Source of the DNA: Clostridia bacterium
GTDB lineage: Bacteria; Bacillota; Clostridia; Oscillospirales; CAG-272
Length of the DNA stretch: 48,498 nucleotides
NCBI GenBank assembly: GCA_017507145.1
Contig: JAFWBJ010000076.1
Location: 1-48,498, forward strand
Direction: 5' to 3'
Shown here: positions 34,622 through 44,271 of the stretch, piece after piece
Layout of the letters: the number at the start of each line of letters is the position of its first letter
Numbering within the stretch: position 1 is the stretch's first letter
Program-made: the position numbers and the translations under genes
The notes under the pieces: generated by a model
Databases searched by the model: none
Seen by the model: the letters and a program-made list of their open reading frames with translations, nothing else
What the model was told of the DNA's origin: nothing

Positions 34622-35344
34622 TCAGTTGTCATAAAGGCTGACATTGTAGCCGTACATATCGCTGCGAATGGCGAGAATGTCGACACAAGCGGGCTTGTTG
34701 CGCACATATGCGATGCGCTTCACGCAGAGCAGGGGCATGCCGACCGGCACATCCAGCTGCGCGGCCTCTTTGGCATCGGCGGCACGGGCTGTGATGTGGT
34801 CGCGCGCCATTTCGATGTTGATGAAATACTGTTCGCGCAGCAGCTGATAAAGCGACTGAATCCGCGAAGCGTAGGTTTCGATGCCCTGAACCATGTCGTA
34901 GGGGAGGTAGTTGCGAATCGTGGCGATCGGCGTGCCGTCGGCGCAGGAAACACGCATGATGCGCGCCAGACGCGCATCGCCGGACAGACCGAAAATGGAG
35001 GCCATCTCGGGTTCGTCGGCGGCTGTGCGGATGCCGATGTCGATCGAGCGCAGCGAAACCTCATGTCCGTTCTGCATCTGCGTTTCGGTGAAGGACGAGA
35101 TGGTGTTGAGGTTCTGCATGGTCTTATAGTCGAGGACAACGGTGCCGATGCCCTGCTTGGCGCTGACATAGCCCTCGCGGGAAAGCATTTCAATGGCCCG
35201 ACGAACGGTCGTGCGGCTGATGCCGAACAGCTTTTCCAGCATCGGCTCAGGCGGGAGAAGGCTGTCAACGGGGTACTGTCCGTTGATGATGCGTTCTTTT
35301 ATCGTTTCATAAACAACAAGATATGCTGCAGTTGCGCGTTTCAT
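34622..35344 (-). CDS. GntR-family (HutC/UTRA subfamily) transcriptional regulator
   Basis: Start MKRATAAYLVVYETIKERI after AAGGAG. ..LPPEPMLEKLFGISRTTVRRAIEMLSREGYVSAKQGIGTVV.., followed by a UTRA-like C-terminal domain. Confidence 0.85.
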   Translation of the reverse strand: MKRATAAYLVVYETIKERIINGQYPVDSLLPPEPMLEKLFGISRTTVRRAIEMLSREGYVSAKQGIGTVVLDYKTMQNLNTISSFTETQMQNGHEVSLRSIDIGIRTAADEPEMASIFGLSGDARLARIMRVSCADGTPIATIRNYLPYDMVQGIETYASRIQSLYQLLREQYFINIEMARDHITARAADAKEAAQLDVPVGMPLLCVKRIAYVRNKPACVDILAIRSDMYGYNVSLYDN

Positions 35345-35584
35345 GATGGTCTCCTTCAAAAGGTATTATATTACTAGTATAACATAATTATGTCATGTTG
35401 TCAAGCACAACCGGAAAAAGAATGTCCAAAAGCGGGAATTTTGTCGGTCTTACCCCAAACGGCGTGAGCTTTCTTCCAAAATATACAAAAATATCCTCTG
35501 TACCTTGCGGAAAAAGACGTTTTTCAAAGTGATCTTTTTGTGTTTCCTTTTTTGCCAAAACATCATGATTTTCGGAGCGAAAAC

Positions 35585-35632
35585 ATAAAAAAACATACAA
35601 AAGCAGGAGGTGTCTGACGCAGACACCTCCTG
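35585..35632 (-). terminator. intrinsic terminator after ruvB
   Basis: Minus strand: CAGGAGGTGTCTG-cgtc-AGACACCTCCTG followed by CTTTTGTATGTTTTTTT. Confidence 0.7.
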
Positions 35633-35654
35633 AACGCATATAAGTCTAAACAAA

Positions 35655-36731
35655 TCAGCCTTCGTCGCCAAACAGCGCCAGCTGCTCACCTGCTGACGGC
35701 GCAGCAGAGGGCGGTTCGGGTGGACGGAGACCGAGGTGATGATAGGCCGGCAGTGTGACACAGCGCCCGCGGGGGGTGCGGCTGAGGAAGCCGATCTGCA
35801 TTAGATAGGGCTCGTACACGTCCTCCAGCGTGATGGCCTCCTCGCCAACCGTTGCGGCCAGCGTTTCAAGCCCAACCGGACCTCCGCCGTAGTATTTGAT
35901 GATGGTCTGCAGCATCCGGCGGTCGGTGTTGTCCAGGCCCAGCTCGTCGATTTCCAGCTTGTTCAGCGCGTAGGCGGTGATTTCCTGGTCGATGACGTCC
36001 TTGCCGGCGACCTGCGCAAAGTCGCGGACGCGCTTGAGCAGGCGGTTGGCAATGCGGGGGGTGCCGCGCGAACGGGAGGCCAGCTCTTTGGCACCGTCTT
36101 CGGTGATGGACATCCCAAGGATTCCCGCACTGCGGCGTACAATGGTTGCCAGCTCGTCCACCGTATACAGCTCAAGCTTGAGCAGAACGCCGAAGCGGTC
36201 GCGCAGCGGGGTGGTCAGCTGGCCGGCGCGGGTGGTGGCACCGATGAGAGTAAAACGGGGCAGGTCGATGCGGATGCTGCGCGCGGCCGGGCCTTTGCCG
36301 ATGATAATATCGAGCGCATAGTCCTCCATCGCCGGATAGAGGATTTCCTCGATCGAGCGGGACATGCGGTGGATCTCGTCAATGAAGAGAACGTCGCCTT
36401 CGTTGAGGTTGGTCAGCAGTGCGGCAAGATCGCCCTGCTTTTCGATGGCCGGACCGGAGGTGACGCGGATGTTGACCCCCATCTCTGCGGCGATGATGTT
36501 CGAGAGCGTAGTCTTGCCCAGGCCGGGCGGGCCGTAGAGCAGAACATGATCGAGCGACTCGCCGCGCAGGCGGGCGGCATCGATATAGATCTTGAGATTT
36601 TCCTTTGCCTTAGCCTGGCCGATATACTCATCCAGCGTCCGCGGGCGGAGAGAGAGCTCTACATCGGCATCGGAGGCGTGATATTCGGTGGAAATGATGC
36701 GGTTTTCAAAATCGAATTCGGTTTCGTTCAT
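35655..36731 (-). CDS. ruvB: Holliday junction branch-migration ATPase RuvB
   Basis: ..[46 protein letters not shown].. Confidence 0.95.
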   Translation of the reverse strand: MNETEFDFENRIISTEYHASDADVELSLRPRTLDEYIGQAKAKENLKIYIDAARLRGESLDHVLLYGPPGLGKTTLSNIIAAEMGVNIRVTSGPAIEKQGDLAALLTNLNEGDVLFIDEIHRMSRSIEEILYPAMEDYALDIIIGKGPAARSIRIDLPRFTLIGATTRAGQLTTPLRDRFGVLLKLELYTVDELATIVRRSAGILGMSITEDGAKELASRSRGTPRIANRLLKRVRDFAQVAGKDVIDQEITAYALNKLEIDELGLDNTDRRMLQTIIKYYGGGPVGLETLAATVGEEAITLEDVYEPYLMQIGFLSRTPRGRCVTLPAYHHLGLRPPEPPSAAPSAGEQLALFGDEG

Positions 36732-36749
36732 GTTTCCTCCCGATTAAGC

Positions 36750-37367
36750 TTATTTCATCAGCTGCTTCAGCCCTGCGCGGATGATGTCCTCCAGTTCCAT
36801 GCCGGTGGTGTCCACCGCACGCAGTGCGGCAAGCGCCTCAGCGCGGGAATAGCCGAGGACGATCAGCGCATCCTGCGCTTCGGTAAGCCGGTTGGTCGAT
36901 GCGCCGGGCTTGATGGTCTCCAATGCCGCGGCGGTAGAATTGTCCGCCTTCGCCTCACGCAGCAGCTTGTCCTTGAGCTCCAACACAATGCGCGCAGCCG
37001 TTTTGGCGCCAACGCCGGGGGCTTTGGAGAGGGCCTTGGTATCCTCACTGCAGACCGCCAGCGCAAATTTTTCAGGCGTGAGCAGCGACAGGATCGAAAT
37101 GGCCGCCTTAGGGCCGACGCCCGATACCGAGATCAGCAGCTTGAAAGCCGATAGTTCCTCATTGGTGGCAAAGCCGAACAGATCCACCGCATCCTCGCGC
37201 ACCGCCATGTAGGTGAACAGACGCACCTTCGGCATCGGCTGAGCGGGGTGGGGCAGGGCAGCGTGCGTGGTCTGGCTGATAGTCATGCGGTAGCCGACAC
37301 CGCCGGCATCGACCACGGCACAGTTGGGCTCAAGCAGGGCAAGCCCGCCGGAAATATAGTAGAACAT
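36750..37367 (-). CDS. ruvA: Holliday junction DNA-binding protein RuvA
   Basis: MFYYISGGLALLEPNCAVVDAGGVGYRMTIS..LISVSGVGPKAAISIL..APGVGAKTAARIVLELKDK.. Confidence 0.9.
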   Translation of the reverse strand: MFYYISGGLALLEPNCAVVDAGGVGYRMTISQTTHAALPHPAQPMPKVRLFTYMAVREDAVDLFGFATNEELSAFKLLISVSGVGPKAAISILSLLTPEKFALAVCSEDTKALSKAPGVGAKTAARIVLELKDKLLREAKADNSTAAALETIKPGASTNRLTEAQDALIVLGYSRAEALAALRAVDTTGMELEDIIRAGLKQLMK

Positions 37368-37369
37368 GA

Positions 37370-40225
37370 TTACTCCTTGCTGTCGTCGGATGCAGGTCGG
37401 ACTTCGGTGTTTGCATCATCGGGGGCGGGGGTTGGCGGAGACATTTTGTTGAGCTCCTCGGCAATTTCATTCAGAGCAAACTGTTCGTCGGCAGCAGATG
37501 CACCGGCGGAAGCTGCGACCGGAACCATCGGGAATCGACGACGCCAGAAGGGCTCGATGAAGCAGAGCGCGATAAAGATGATCGAGCAAACAACGGTGCA
37601 GATCAGGCCGTAGGTGAAGGCTTTCGGTGCATATTTCAGCTCCAGCGTATGGGTTCCGGGCACCGTGTCAAAGGCGATCAGGGCATTCAGCGTTTTGTAG
37701 ATCTCGGTGCGCTCGCCGTCAACATAAACCTCCCAGCCTTCGTCGTAGGGGATGGTAGTCAGTACGGTTGCCTGTTCGGCGGTGGTGGTAATCGTGCCGG
37801 TGAAATGGGTCTCGGTGTAGTCGGCATCGATTTGATAGTTGCCAACCGCAAGACGGGAAAAGGCATCGGCAACGGCGTCCATATCGACCGAGTAGAAGAA
37901 CTTGGTTTTGTCCATAACGTAAAGTTCATTCTGCTTGATGGTCAGCGTAATGCGCACCTGATCGCCGGGGTTGAAGGAGCCAAGTGAAACGATGCGGGAG
38001 GTTTCGTTGCCGTAGAAGCCTTCCATCGAGTTGCCGTTGACCTTCATGCCTACCTCACGCGGCCACTCGCTGGGCAGATAGAAGAAGATTTCATCATCGC
38101 TCGGTGCGGTAAAGGTGTAATAGATATTGGCATCCTTGGCGGTGCTGGTCGGTGCGTATTTGATGTGCCCCTGGATGTAGGAGACATCGCAGTTGTCTGA
38201 GTCGGTGTAGTCTTTTTCGATGCCGGTGAAGAGGGTGAGTTCTTCCTCGCCGAGCATGGCGGCAACCAGCCCGTTGAGGCGCTCGAAGGGATTGGGGGCG
38301 TCGGCAAAATCGAGGTCGTTGATGCCGCCGCTGACCGCATAAGCCAGCGAGAGGGCGTAAGGATTGTAATAGGCGGTAAAGTCACCGGCCGTGTAGGCAG
38401 CGGTGTAGTAATCGGAAAGATCCTGGTTGGAGATGATATACTTCAGGCCGAGCAGCGAGTCGTTGACCGGCGTGCCGCCGAGGTACTTGGTCCAGTGCGA
38501 GCGCGAGGAATAGCCCATGTGGTTGAGGAACTGAATGGCTTCAGCATTGAGCGTGGAGGTTGAATTGGAGAGACCGCGCATGTTGAGCGCCATGTTGTCG
38601 TTGGTCTTGCGGTGATCGGTCTTTTCCATGCGGTAGAAGGACTGATCGTTTTCCTGTACCGTCTCGACGATGGGACGGAGCTTGGCCATGTAGTCGACGT
38701 AGGAACTGTATTTGGAGAAATAGACGTCATCGTCAAGGGAGATGACATTGGTCAGACCTGCACAGAAGACCTCCAGGCAGACCAGGATGACCAAAATCAG
38801 CGAAGTATTCTCGCGGTAGTCATTCTTGCGTGTCATACAGAGCACGACGAGATAAAGGCCGATGCAGAAGAGCGAGAACCAGACACCCTCAAAGTCGTAC
38901 AGATGCTCAACCTCAAGCTTCTGCGCGATCACCACGAAGAGGGCAAGGAAGGCAGAGACCGCCACGATGGTGCGGGGGGCGTTGTCCTCCATAAACTGAT
39001 AAGCCTGATAGGCCAGCACCAGCAAGAAAAAGCAGAGCATGAAGCTGTAGCGGTAGTTGAGCCAGTTGGGGCGCTGGAAGCCGTGCCAGACCAGATCAAG
39101 GGTGGTCGCATTGAAGCTGATGAAGAAAATGGCGATTACCACGCCGGCCATGACCTTTTCGCGCACCGTAAAGCGACGGCTCATGAAATAAAGGGGGACA
39201 AGGATGATGGTCAGCAAACCGCAGTAGACGAAGGGAAGTCCCTCGGGGCGGACCGTGTCATAGGAGCCGGGGAAGAACTTGACCAGCAGATCGAAGAAAT
39301 CAAACTGCTGTCCGAGCGAGTAGGTCGGATTGGAGAAGGTGGTCTTGCCGAAGGTCAGACCGTAGTAGGCGGTTGCTACAATGACCATGGCAATGCCGAC
39401 ACCAAGCATCGAGTAACCGCCGATGCGGATAAAGGAGCGCAGGAAATGCCGTTTTTCTCCGCAGGGGTTGTTGCGGTTGTCCTCGTTGTGCGCGTAGAAA
39501 TAGTAGAAGAAATAAATGATCACATAGAGACAGCACATGTAGCCGATATAGAAATTGCTCATGATACAGACGGCCAGCGAGAAGACATAGAGCTTGAAGC
39601 GGCCGAATTTGATGAGCTGCTCGATTCCGAGGGTGATCATGGGCAGCCAGATGAGCGCATCGATCCACATGGTGTTGTGCTGCTGCACCACGGCATAGGC
39701 CGAGAGGGCGTAGAGGATCGAGAAGGCGACAATGGCGGTTTTGTTGATCTTGCGGGCGGTGCGGTGCAGATAGTAGCCGAAGGAGAAGCCGCAGCAGCCG
39801 GTCTTGAGCAGGAGGATGCAGAGCAGTGCCTCCAGAATCTTCTCCTTGGGGAAGAGGGCGACCAGATAGGAGAAGGGCGAGGCGATATAATAAGCGTAAA
39901 TGCCCATAAATTCTCCGCCCAGCGAGCGGGAGAAGGAATAGAGCAGGCTGGTATCTCCGTAGATGAAATTGCGCAGTGCCTCAAAGAAATACACATACTG
40001 TCCGTTGAGGTCAAGAACAAGTACCGAGCCGTCGCCGAAGGGGTGAATTTCCATTGCCAGATAGATCATGTACATGATGGCAAAGGGGGCGAAGAAGGCA
40101 AGTGTCAGATACATGTAGTCATTTTTGCGCATGGTGTCGCGCAGCGAAAACCGATTGCGCTTTTCGGCTTTCGGCAGCTCTTGACGCAGATTCTCGTTGG
40201 TCATGGCATCATTGGGACCGAGCAT
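37370..40225 (-). CDS. YfhO-family polytopic membrane protein (putative glycosyltransferase/glycan-modifying enzyme)
   Basis: 951 aa. The N-terminal ~480 aa are multi-TM (..HPFGDGSVLVLDLNGQYVYFFEALRNFIYGD..SFSRSLGGEFMGIYAYYIASPFS..). A large extracytoplasmic domain and a C-terminal TM helix follow. Confidence 0.8.
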   Translation of the reverse strand: MLGPNDAMTNENLRQELPKAEKRNRFSLRDTMRKNDYMYLTLAFFAPFAIMYMIYLAMEIHPFGDGSVLVLDLNGQYVYFFEALRNFIYGDTSLLYSFSRSLGGEFMGIYAYYIASPFSYLVALFPKEKILEALLCILLLKTGCCGFSFGYYLHRTARKINKTAIVAFSILYALSAYAVVQQHNTMWIDALIWLPMITLGIEQLIKFGRFKLYVFSLAVCIMSNFYIGYMCCLYVIIYFFYYFYAHNEDNRNNPCGEKRHFLRSFIRIGGYSMLGVGIAMVIVATAYYGLTFGKTTFSNPTYSLGQQFDFFDLLVKFFPGSYDTVRPEGLPFVYCGLLTIILVPLYFMSRRFTVREKVMAGVVIAIFFISFNATTLDLVWHGFQRPNWLNYRYSFMLCFFLLVLAYQAYQFMEDNAPRTIVAVSAFLALFVVIAQKLEVEHLYDFEGVWFSLFCIGLYLVVLCMTRKNDYRENTSLILVILVCLEVFCAGLTNVISLDDDVYFSKYSSYVDYMAKLRPIVETVQENDQSFYRMEKTDHRKTNDNMALNMRGLSNSTSTLNAEAIQFLNHMGYSSRSHWTKYLGGTPVNDSLLGLKYIISNQDLSDYYTAAYTAGDFTAYYNPYALSLAYAVSGGINDLDFADAPNPFERLNGLVAAMLGEEELTLFTGIEKDYTDSDNCDVSYIQGHIKYAPTSTAKDANIYYTFTAPSDDEIFFYLPSEWPREVGMKVNGNSMEGFYGNETSRIVSLGSFNPGDQVRITLTIKQNELYVMDKTKFFYSVDMDAVADAFSRLAVGNYQIDADYTETHFTGTITTTAEQATVLTTIPYDEGWEVYVDGERTEIYKTLNALIAFDTVPGTHTLELKYAPKAFTYGLICTVVCSIIFIALCFIEPFWRRRFPMVPVAASAGASAADEQFALNEIAEELNKMSPPTPAPDDANTEVRPASDDSKE

Positions 40226-40228
40226 GGC

Positions 40229-40450
40229 TCAATCCATCCTTTCCTGTGCAATTTTGTCCTGATCGGCGGGGATGATGTGCTTGATGGCCCGCTCCAGCTT
40301 GGGGCGGTCGAGCACCAGGTCGCGCCCGCAATGACAGCAGACGATGCGCACCTCACTGCCCACCCGCACGACGCGGAACTGTTTTGTCCCACAGGGGTGC
40401 GGCTTTCTCAGTTCAAGCAGATCTCCCGGGTGCAGACGCGGAATTTCCAT
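40229..40450 (-). CDS. DUF951 family small protein
   Basis: 73 aa. ..LELRKPHPCGTKQFRVVRVGSEVRIVCCHCGRDLVLDRPKLERAIK.. matches the DUF951 pattern. AAGGAGGG RBS. Confidence 0.8.
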   Translation of the reverse strand: MEIPRLHPGDLLELRKPHPCGTKQFRVVRVGSEVRIVCCHCGRDLVLDRPKLERAIKHIIPADQDKIAQERMD

Positions 40451-40580
40451 CCCTATCCCTCCTTTGGGTATATCTCACTATAGTATACCACAATTTTCCC
40501 GGGAAAGCAATCAGATTTTTTCGATTTCGCCGCCGATCTGCGAAAAATGCACATCCGGCCGCAAAATCCGGCCGATCCTC

Positions 40581-40610
40581 TTGCCAAATCCTGCATAGCC
40601 ATGCTATAAT
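40581..40610 (+). promoter_or_regulatory. sigma-70-type promoter candidate upstream of the beta-helix gene remnant
   Basis: TTGCCA, 18 nt, TATAAT. Confidence 0.4.
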
Positions 40611-40655
40611 GAAGAGCGCGGCTGCCGCTGCGACGTGCACTGTGGAGAAAATGTC

Positions 40656-41146
40656 ATGACCGTTAACACGATTTACGCCCCCGAATATGTGATCATCCCC
40701 GGAATGGGAGAGGACTGCAGTGCCGCTCTGCACCTGGACGGTTGTACTGTGCGCAACACCCGCGCCCGCGGCTTCCTCGTACAGACGACAATGTGCTGAT
40801 TGAAAACTGCTATATCGCCGGCATGTCGCTGGTCGCTCCCCTGTTTGTACCCGATATCCGCGTTTGGTGGGAGGTTGGCCCCTGCAAGCATGTGGAGATT
40901 CGCAACAATGTCATCTATATCCACGATAACTGCTTTATCGACATCCCGCAGAGCGCCATTTATGTTTCCTCGGCCAAGCAGGTGCGCAATGAGGGGAATC
41001 GCTTCCGGAACTGCTGATATGCCCCGCAGGATAAAGCCGATTACGCCAGGTACGATATTGTTGCCGTCAACTGCGAGGACGTGACCATCCGCGGCAACGA
41101 GAGCGACCGCGGCGAGGAAACCATGCAGTGCGTCTGCCATGTGTAA
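40656..41146 (+). pseudogene. remnant of a right-handed parallel beta-helix (pectin-lyase-fold) protein gene
   Basis: MTVNTIYAPEYVIIPGMGEDCSAALHLDGCTVRNTRARGFLVQT, then a frameshift near 40785-40795. Next ..DNVLIENCYIAGMS..VEIRNNVIYIHDNCFID..VRNEGNRFRNC, an in-frame TGA at 41015-41017, then YAPQDKADYARYDIVAVNCEDVTIRGNES.. to 41146. Only C-terminal-type repeats are present. Confidence 0.55.
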
Positions 41147-41265
41147 ATCTGTCCATCCGAACAGGAAAATTTACAAAATACAGTGGCATTCCGCGCAGAA
41201 TTGTGTTAAACTGTCGTCAGACTTGTAATCTGCCGGATTCTCCGGCCGCAATTGAGGAGAACACC

Positions 41266-41973
41266 ATGAAAAAACCAATCGGCTGGCGCCGTCCGCTCGG
41301 GCTGACGGCATTGCTGGCATTTGTCCTGCACGGCCTGCGTGCGTTTTTGCTTGCGCCGCTCAAGGTGCGCTTCGGCACCGATATTCTTTATCAGAACTCC
41401 ATCCTGCCGGCCGCCCTTGACCTTCTGCTTGACCTTACGCTGATGGCCGTGATCTACATCTGCTATACGTTCATCCTCGAAACGATCTTTCGCCAGGGAC
41501 TTCGCCGTGCGATTCCGCTTGCACTGCTCTATCTGGGCGGAACCGTTTTCGGCTCGGCAGGGAACTTGATCATGGATTTGACCGTCAACGGCGGCCGTGA
41601 GCTGTTCGGTATGCTCTTGCTTGCCGTTCTCAGCGGCATCGGGCAGGAACTGTTGCAGCTGGCGCTGGTTATGCTGATCGCCTGCCTGCTGGCGAGGAGC
41701 TATACCGGACCTTATGTACCGCAGCAGATGTTCTCCCGCCGAAATCGCCTTCAGCTTGCGGCGCTCCTCGGCGCCGGCGTGACGGCGCTCTTCCGCATCG
41801 GTGCGAGAGTGATCTATGACATCAGCCTCGGCGCACCGACCGCCACCATGGAGATGGTGGATATGGCTATCAATTATGCGGCCGATCTGCTGATCCCCTT
41901 CTTAGGGTATCTCGGCATGGTCCTGCTGATGTTCCGCATCCCCGCCGATTCCGATCGGCAGGCCGATGTGTGA
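41266..41973 (+). CDS. hypothetical polytopic membrane protein
   Basis: Start MKKPIGWRRPLG after GAGGAG. About six hydrophobic helices. No family recognised. Confidence 0.55.
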   Translation: MKKPIGWRRPLGLTALLAFVLHGLRAFLLAPLKVRFGTDILYQNSILPAALDLLLDLTLMAVIYICYTFILETIFRQGLRRAIPLALLYLGGTVFGSAGNLIMDLTVNGGRELFGMLLLAVLSGIGQELLQLALVMLIACLLARSYTGPYVPQQMFSRRNRLQLAALLGAGVTALFRIGARVIYDISLGAPTATMEMVDMAINYAADLLIPFLGYLGMVLLMFRIPADSDRQADV

Positions 41974-41986
41974 ATGGTATATGCCG

Positions 41987-42021
41987 AAAGGCGGCACTGT
42001 ACTTGTGCCGCCTTTTCCTTT
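41987..42021 (+). terminator. intrinsic terminator
   Basis: AAAGGCGGCAC-tgtactt-GTGCCGCCTTT followed by TCCTTTG. Confidence 0.65.
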
Positions 42022-42043
42022 GCCGCCGGATCCCGGCACGGTG

Positions 42044-42072
42044 TTGACAAAACTGCCGCAATATGGTATAAT
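42044..42072 (+). promoter_or_regulatory. consensus sigma-70-type promoter for pfp
   Basis: TTGACA, 17 nt, TATAAT (both hexamers perfect). Confidence 0.65.
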
Positions 42073-42135
42073 CATGATGAATGATCTGATGCGCTGCCCG
42101 TGCATCATGAATTAATATCTGAAGGAGATAACCCC

Positions 42136-43377
42136 ATGAAAAAACTGATCGGTAATGCTGTTGTCGGCCAGTCCGGCGGCCCCACCGCAGCAATCAACGC
42201 AACTCTCGCCGGCGTCATCCGTGGCGTCAAGGAAAATATCCACGACGGCTCCATTCCGCGCCTGTACGGTATGCACAACGGCGTCGAAGGCCTGCTGGAA
42301 GAGCGCCTGGTCGACCTGACCGAGTTCTTCGCTGACGACAAGAAAATCGATATCCTTGAGTCCACCCCCGCCGCTGCGCTCGGCTCCTGCCGCCGCAAGC
42401 TGCCCAAGATGGGTGAGGACGATGCGGTTTATGAGAAGCTGCTCGCGATCTTCAAGAAGTATGATATTCGCTACTTCTTCTACATCGGCGGCAACGACTC
42501 GATGGATACCGTTGCTAAGCTGTCGGCTTACACCAAGGGCCATGACTATGAGATGCACATTGTCGGCGTGCCGAAGACCATTGACAACGATCTCGTCGTG
42601 ACCGACCACACCCCCGGCTTTGGCTCGGCGGCCAAGTACCTCGCTGTTACCATGCAGGAAATCATCCGCGACTGTGCCGTTTACACCACCAAGGCGGTTA
42701 CTATCGTTGAGATCATGGGCCGTGACGCCGGCTGGCTGACCGCTTCTGCTGCCATCGGCCGTGCCGTCAACGGCATCGCACCCGACCTCGTTTACCTGCC
42801 CGAGCGTACCTTCGATCTGCAGGAGTTCTTCGCTTCTGTCCGCCGGGCGCTTGAGGTGCATCCCAATGTGGTTGTCGCCGTCTCCGAGGGCATCCGCTTT
42901 GCGGATGGCACCTACGTCGGCGAGGGCACCCAGAGCGGCGCGGTCGATGCGTTCGGCCACAAGTACCTGTCGGGCACCGGCAAGGCGCTGGAACTGGCTG
43001 TCAAGGCAGAGATCGGCTGCAAGGTCCGCTCGGTCGAGCTGAATATCTGCCAGCGCTGTGCATCCCACGTCGCTTCGGAGACTGACCTCGAGGAGTCGGT
43101 CAACGTCGGCCGCGCCGCCGTCAAGCACGCCGCCGAGGGCGTTACCCGCGAGATGATGACCATCGACCGCATCTCCACCAAGCCCTACGTTTATCAGATC
43201 GGCCACAGCGACATCGACCTCATTGCCAACCAGGTCAAGGAAGTTCCCGCTGAGTTCATCAACGAGGCCGGCAACAACGTCACCGACGCCTGCGTCGAGT
43301 ACCTGCTGCCCCTGATCGCCGGCGAGGTTTCTCCCGCCTATGAGAACGGCCTGCCGGTGCACGTCATCATCGACTGA
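42136..43377 (+). CDS. pfp: phosphofructokinase family enzyme, probably PPi-dependent (diphosphate--fructose-6-phosphate 1-phosphotransferase)
   Basis: Start MKKLIGNAVVGQSGGPTAAINA after AAGGAG. IGGNDS and VPKTIDNDL place Asp and Lys at the positions equivalent to E. coli PfkA G104 and G124. Those substitutions are associated with PPi use. Confidence 0.8.
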   Translation: MKKLIGNAVVGQSGGPTAAINATLAGVIRGVKENIHDGSIPRLYGMHNGVEGLLEERLVDLTEFFADDKKIDILESTPAAALGSCRRKLPKMGEDDAVYEKLLAIFKKYDIRYFFYIGGNDSMDTVAKLSAYTKGHDYEMHIVGVPKTIDNDLVVTDHTPGFGSAAKYLAVTMQEIIRDCAVYTTKAVTIVEIMGRDAGWLTASAAIGRAVNGIAPDLVYLPERTFDLQEFFASVRRALEVHPNVVVAVSEGIRFADGTYVGEGTQSGAVDAFGHKYLSGTGKALELAVKAEIGCKVRSVELNICQRCASHVASETDLEESVNVGRAAVKHAAEGVTREMMTIDRISTKPYVYQIGHSDIDLIANQVKEVPAEFINEAGNNVTDACVEYLLPLIAGEVSPAYENGLPVHVIID

Positions 43378-43415
43378 ACAGGATAATAAAAGCACGGAAC
43401 TTTTGAGAGGTAGAG

Positions 43416-43589
43416 ATGCTGGATATATTGATCAAAAACGGCAATATAATTGACAGAACGGGGAACGCTGCTTTCGTTGGTTGTGTTGGTGTCAAGAATG
43501 AAAAGATAATGTCCGCGAATACCGATACGGAGGCGACGTGAGTGATCGATGCTGCGGGAAAGGTGATACGCTGCAATGGCGCTTTTTGA
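43416..43589 (+). pseudogene. N-terminal remnant of an amidohydrolase (D-aminoacylase-like) gene
   Basis: MLDILIKNGNIIDRTGNAAFVGCVGVKNEKIMS..TEAT, in-frame TGA at 43539-43541, then VIDAAGKVIRCNGAF and a stop. Only about 57 codons remain of a family that is normally around 500 aa. Confidence 0.55.
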
Positions 43590-44217
43590 AATGAATCGGT
43601 CGGAGAATAAGCTTAATTTTAAACCTTTTTTTGAATATTTTCTGATTTTGATCGGCAGTGCGTTGTACGCACTCGCTACTGTGATCTTCATTTTTCCGCA
43701 CAGTCTTTTGCTTGGCGGAACGAGCGGAATATCTGTTATACTCAATTCATTTATCAGCTTTTCTCCTGGCAAGATACTTGTTGCGATAAATTTTCTGCTG
43801 ATCGTTTTGGCATTTGTTTTTCTTGGCAAGGATATGGCAATAAAGACCCTTGTCGGTTCCGTTCTAACCACTGTGTTGGTGGGCGCTTTTGAATCTGTTT
43901 TTGCTTTTTCTGCACCGATAATAAACAATATTTTTCTTTCCGCAGGCATTGGCGCCGCCCTGATCGCAATTGCAAGCGGCGTGATGTTCTATGTTGATTC
44001 AAGTTCGGGCGGAACGGATATCATTGCCCTAATCATAAAAAAGTTCTCAAATATGAAGATCGGCAAGGCGCTGCTGGTTACAGACCTTTTGATCGTGCTA
44101 ATCGGCGGTGCGCTTTCCGGATGGACGCTGCTTTTGAGTTCTTTTCTGGGGTTGCTGATCAAAACGCTCGGTATAGATGGAATCATTGCTGGGATAAAAT
44201 CAGTCAATATCAAATAA
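43576..44217 (+). CDS. YitT-family membrane protein (no DUF2179 C-terminal domain visible)
   Basis: ..FFEYFLILIGSALYALATVIFIFPHSLLLGGTSGISVIL..VDSSSGGTDIIALIIKK.. is typical of YitT. AAAGGTG lies about 9 nt upstream of ATG 43576. AT-rich codon usage. Confidence 0.7.
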   Translation: MALFEMNRSENKLNFKPFFEYFLILIGSALYALATVIFIFPHSLLLGGTSGISVILNSFISFSPGKILVAINFLLIVLAFVFLGKDMAIKTLVGSVLTTVLVGAFESVFAFSAPIINNIFLSAGIGAALIAIASGVMFYVDSSSGGTDIIALIIKKFSNMKIGKALLVTDLLIVLIGGALSGWTLLLSSFLGLLIKTLGIDGIIAGIKSVNIK

Positions 44218-44232
44218 AATGCCCGTTTTTCT

Positions 44233-44271
44233 AAAGAATCCCCCGCAGACTGCTGCGGGGGATTCTTTTTC
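44233..44271. terminator. bidirectional hairpin terminator
   Basis: AAAGAATCCCCCGCAG-actgc-TGCGGGGGATTCTTTTT. Confidence 0.75.
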
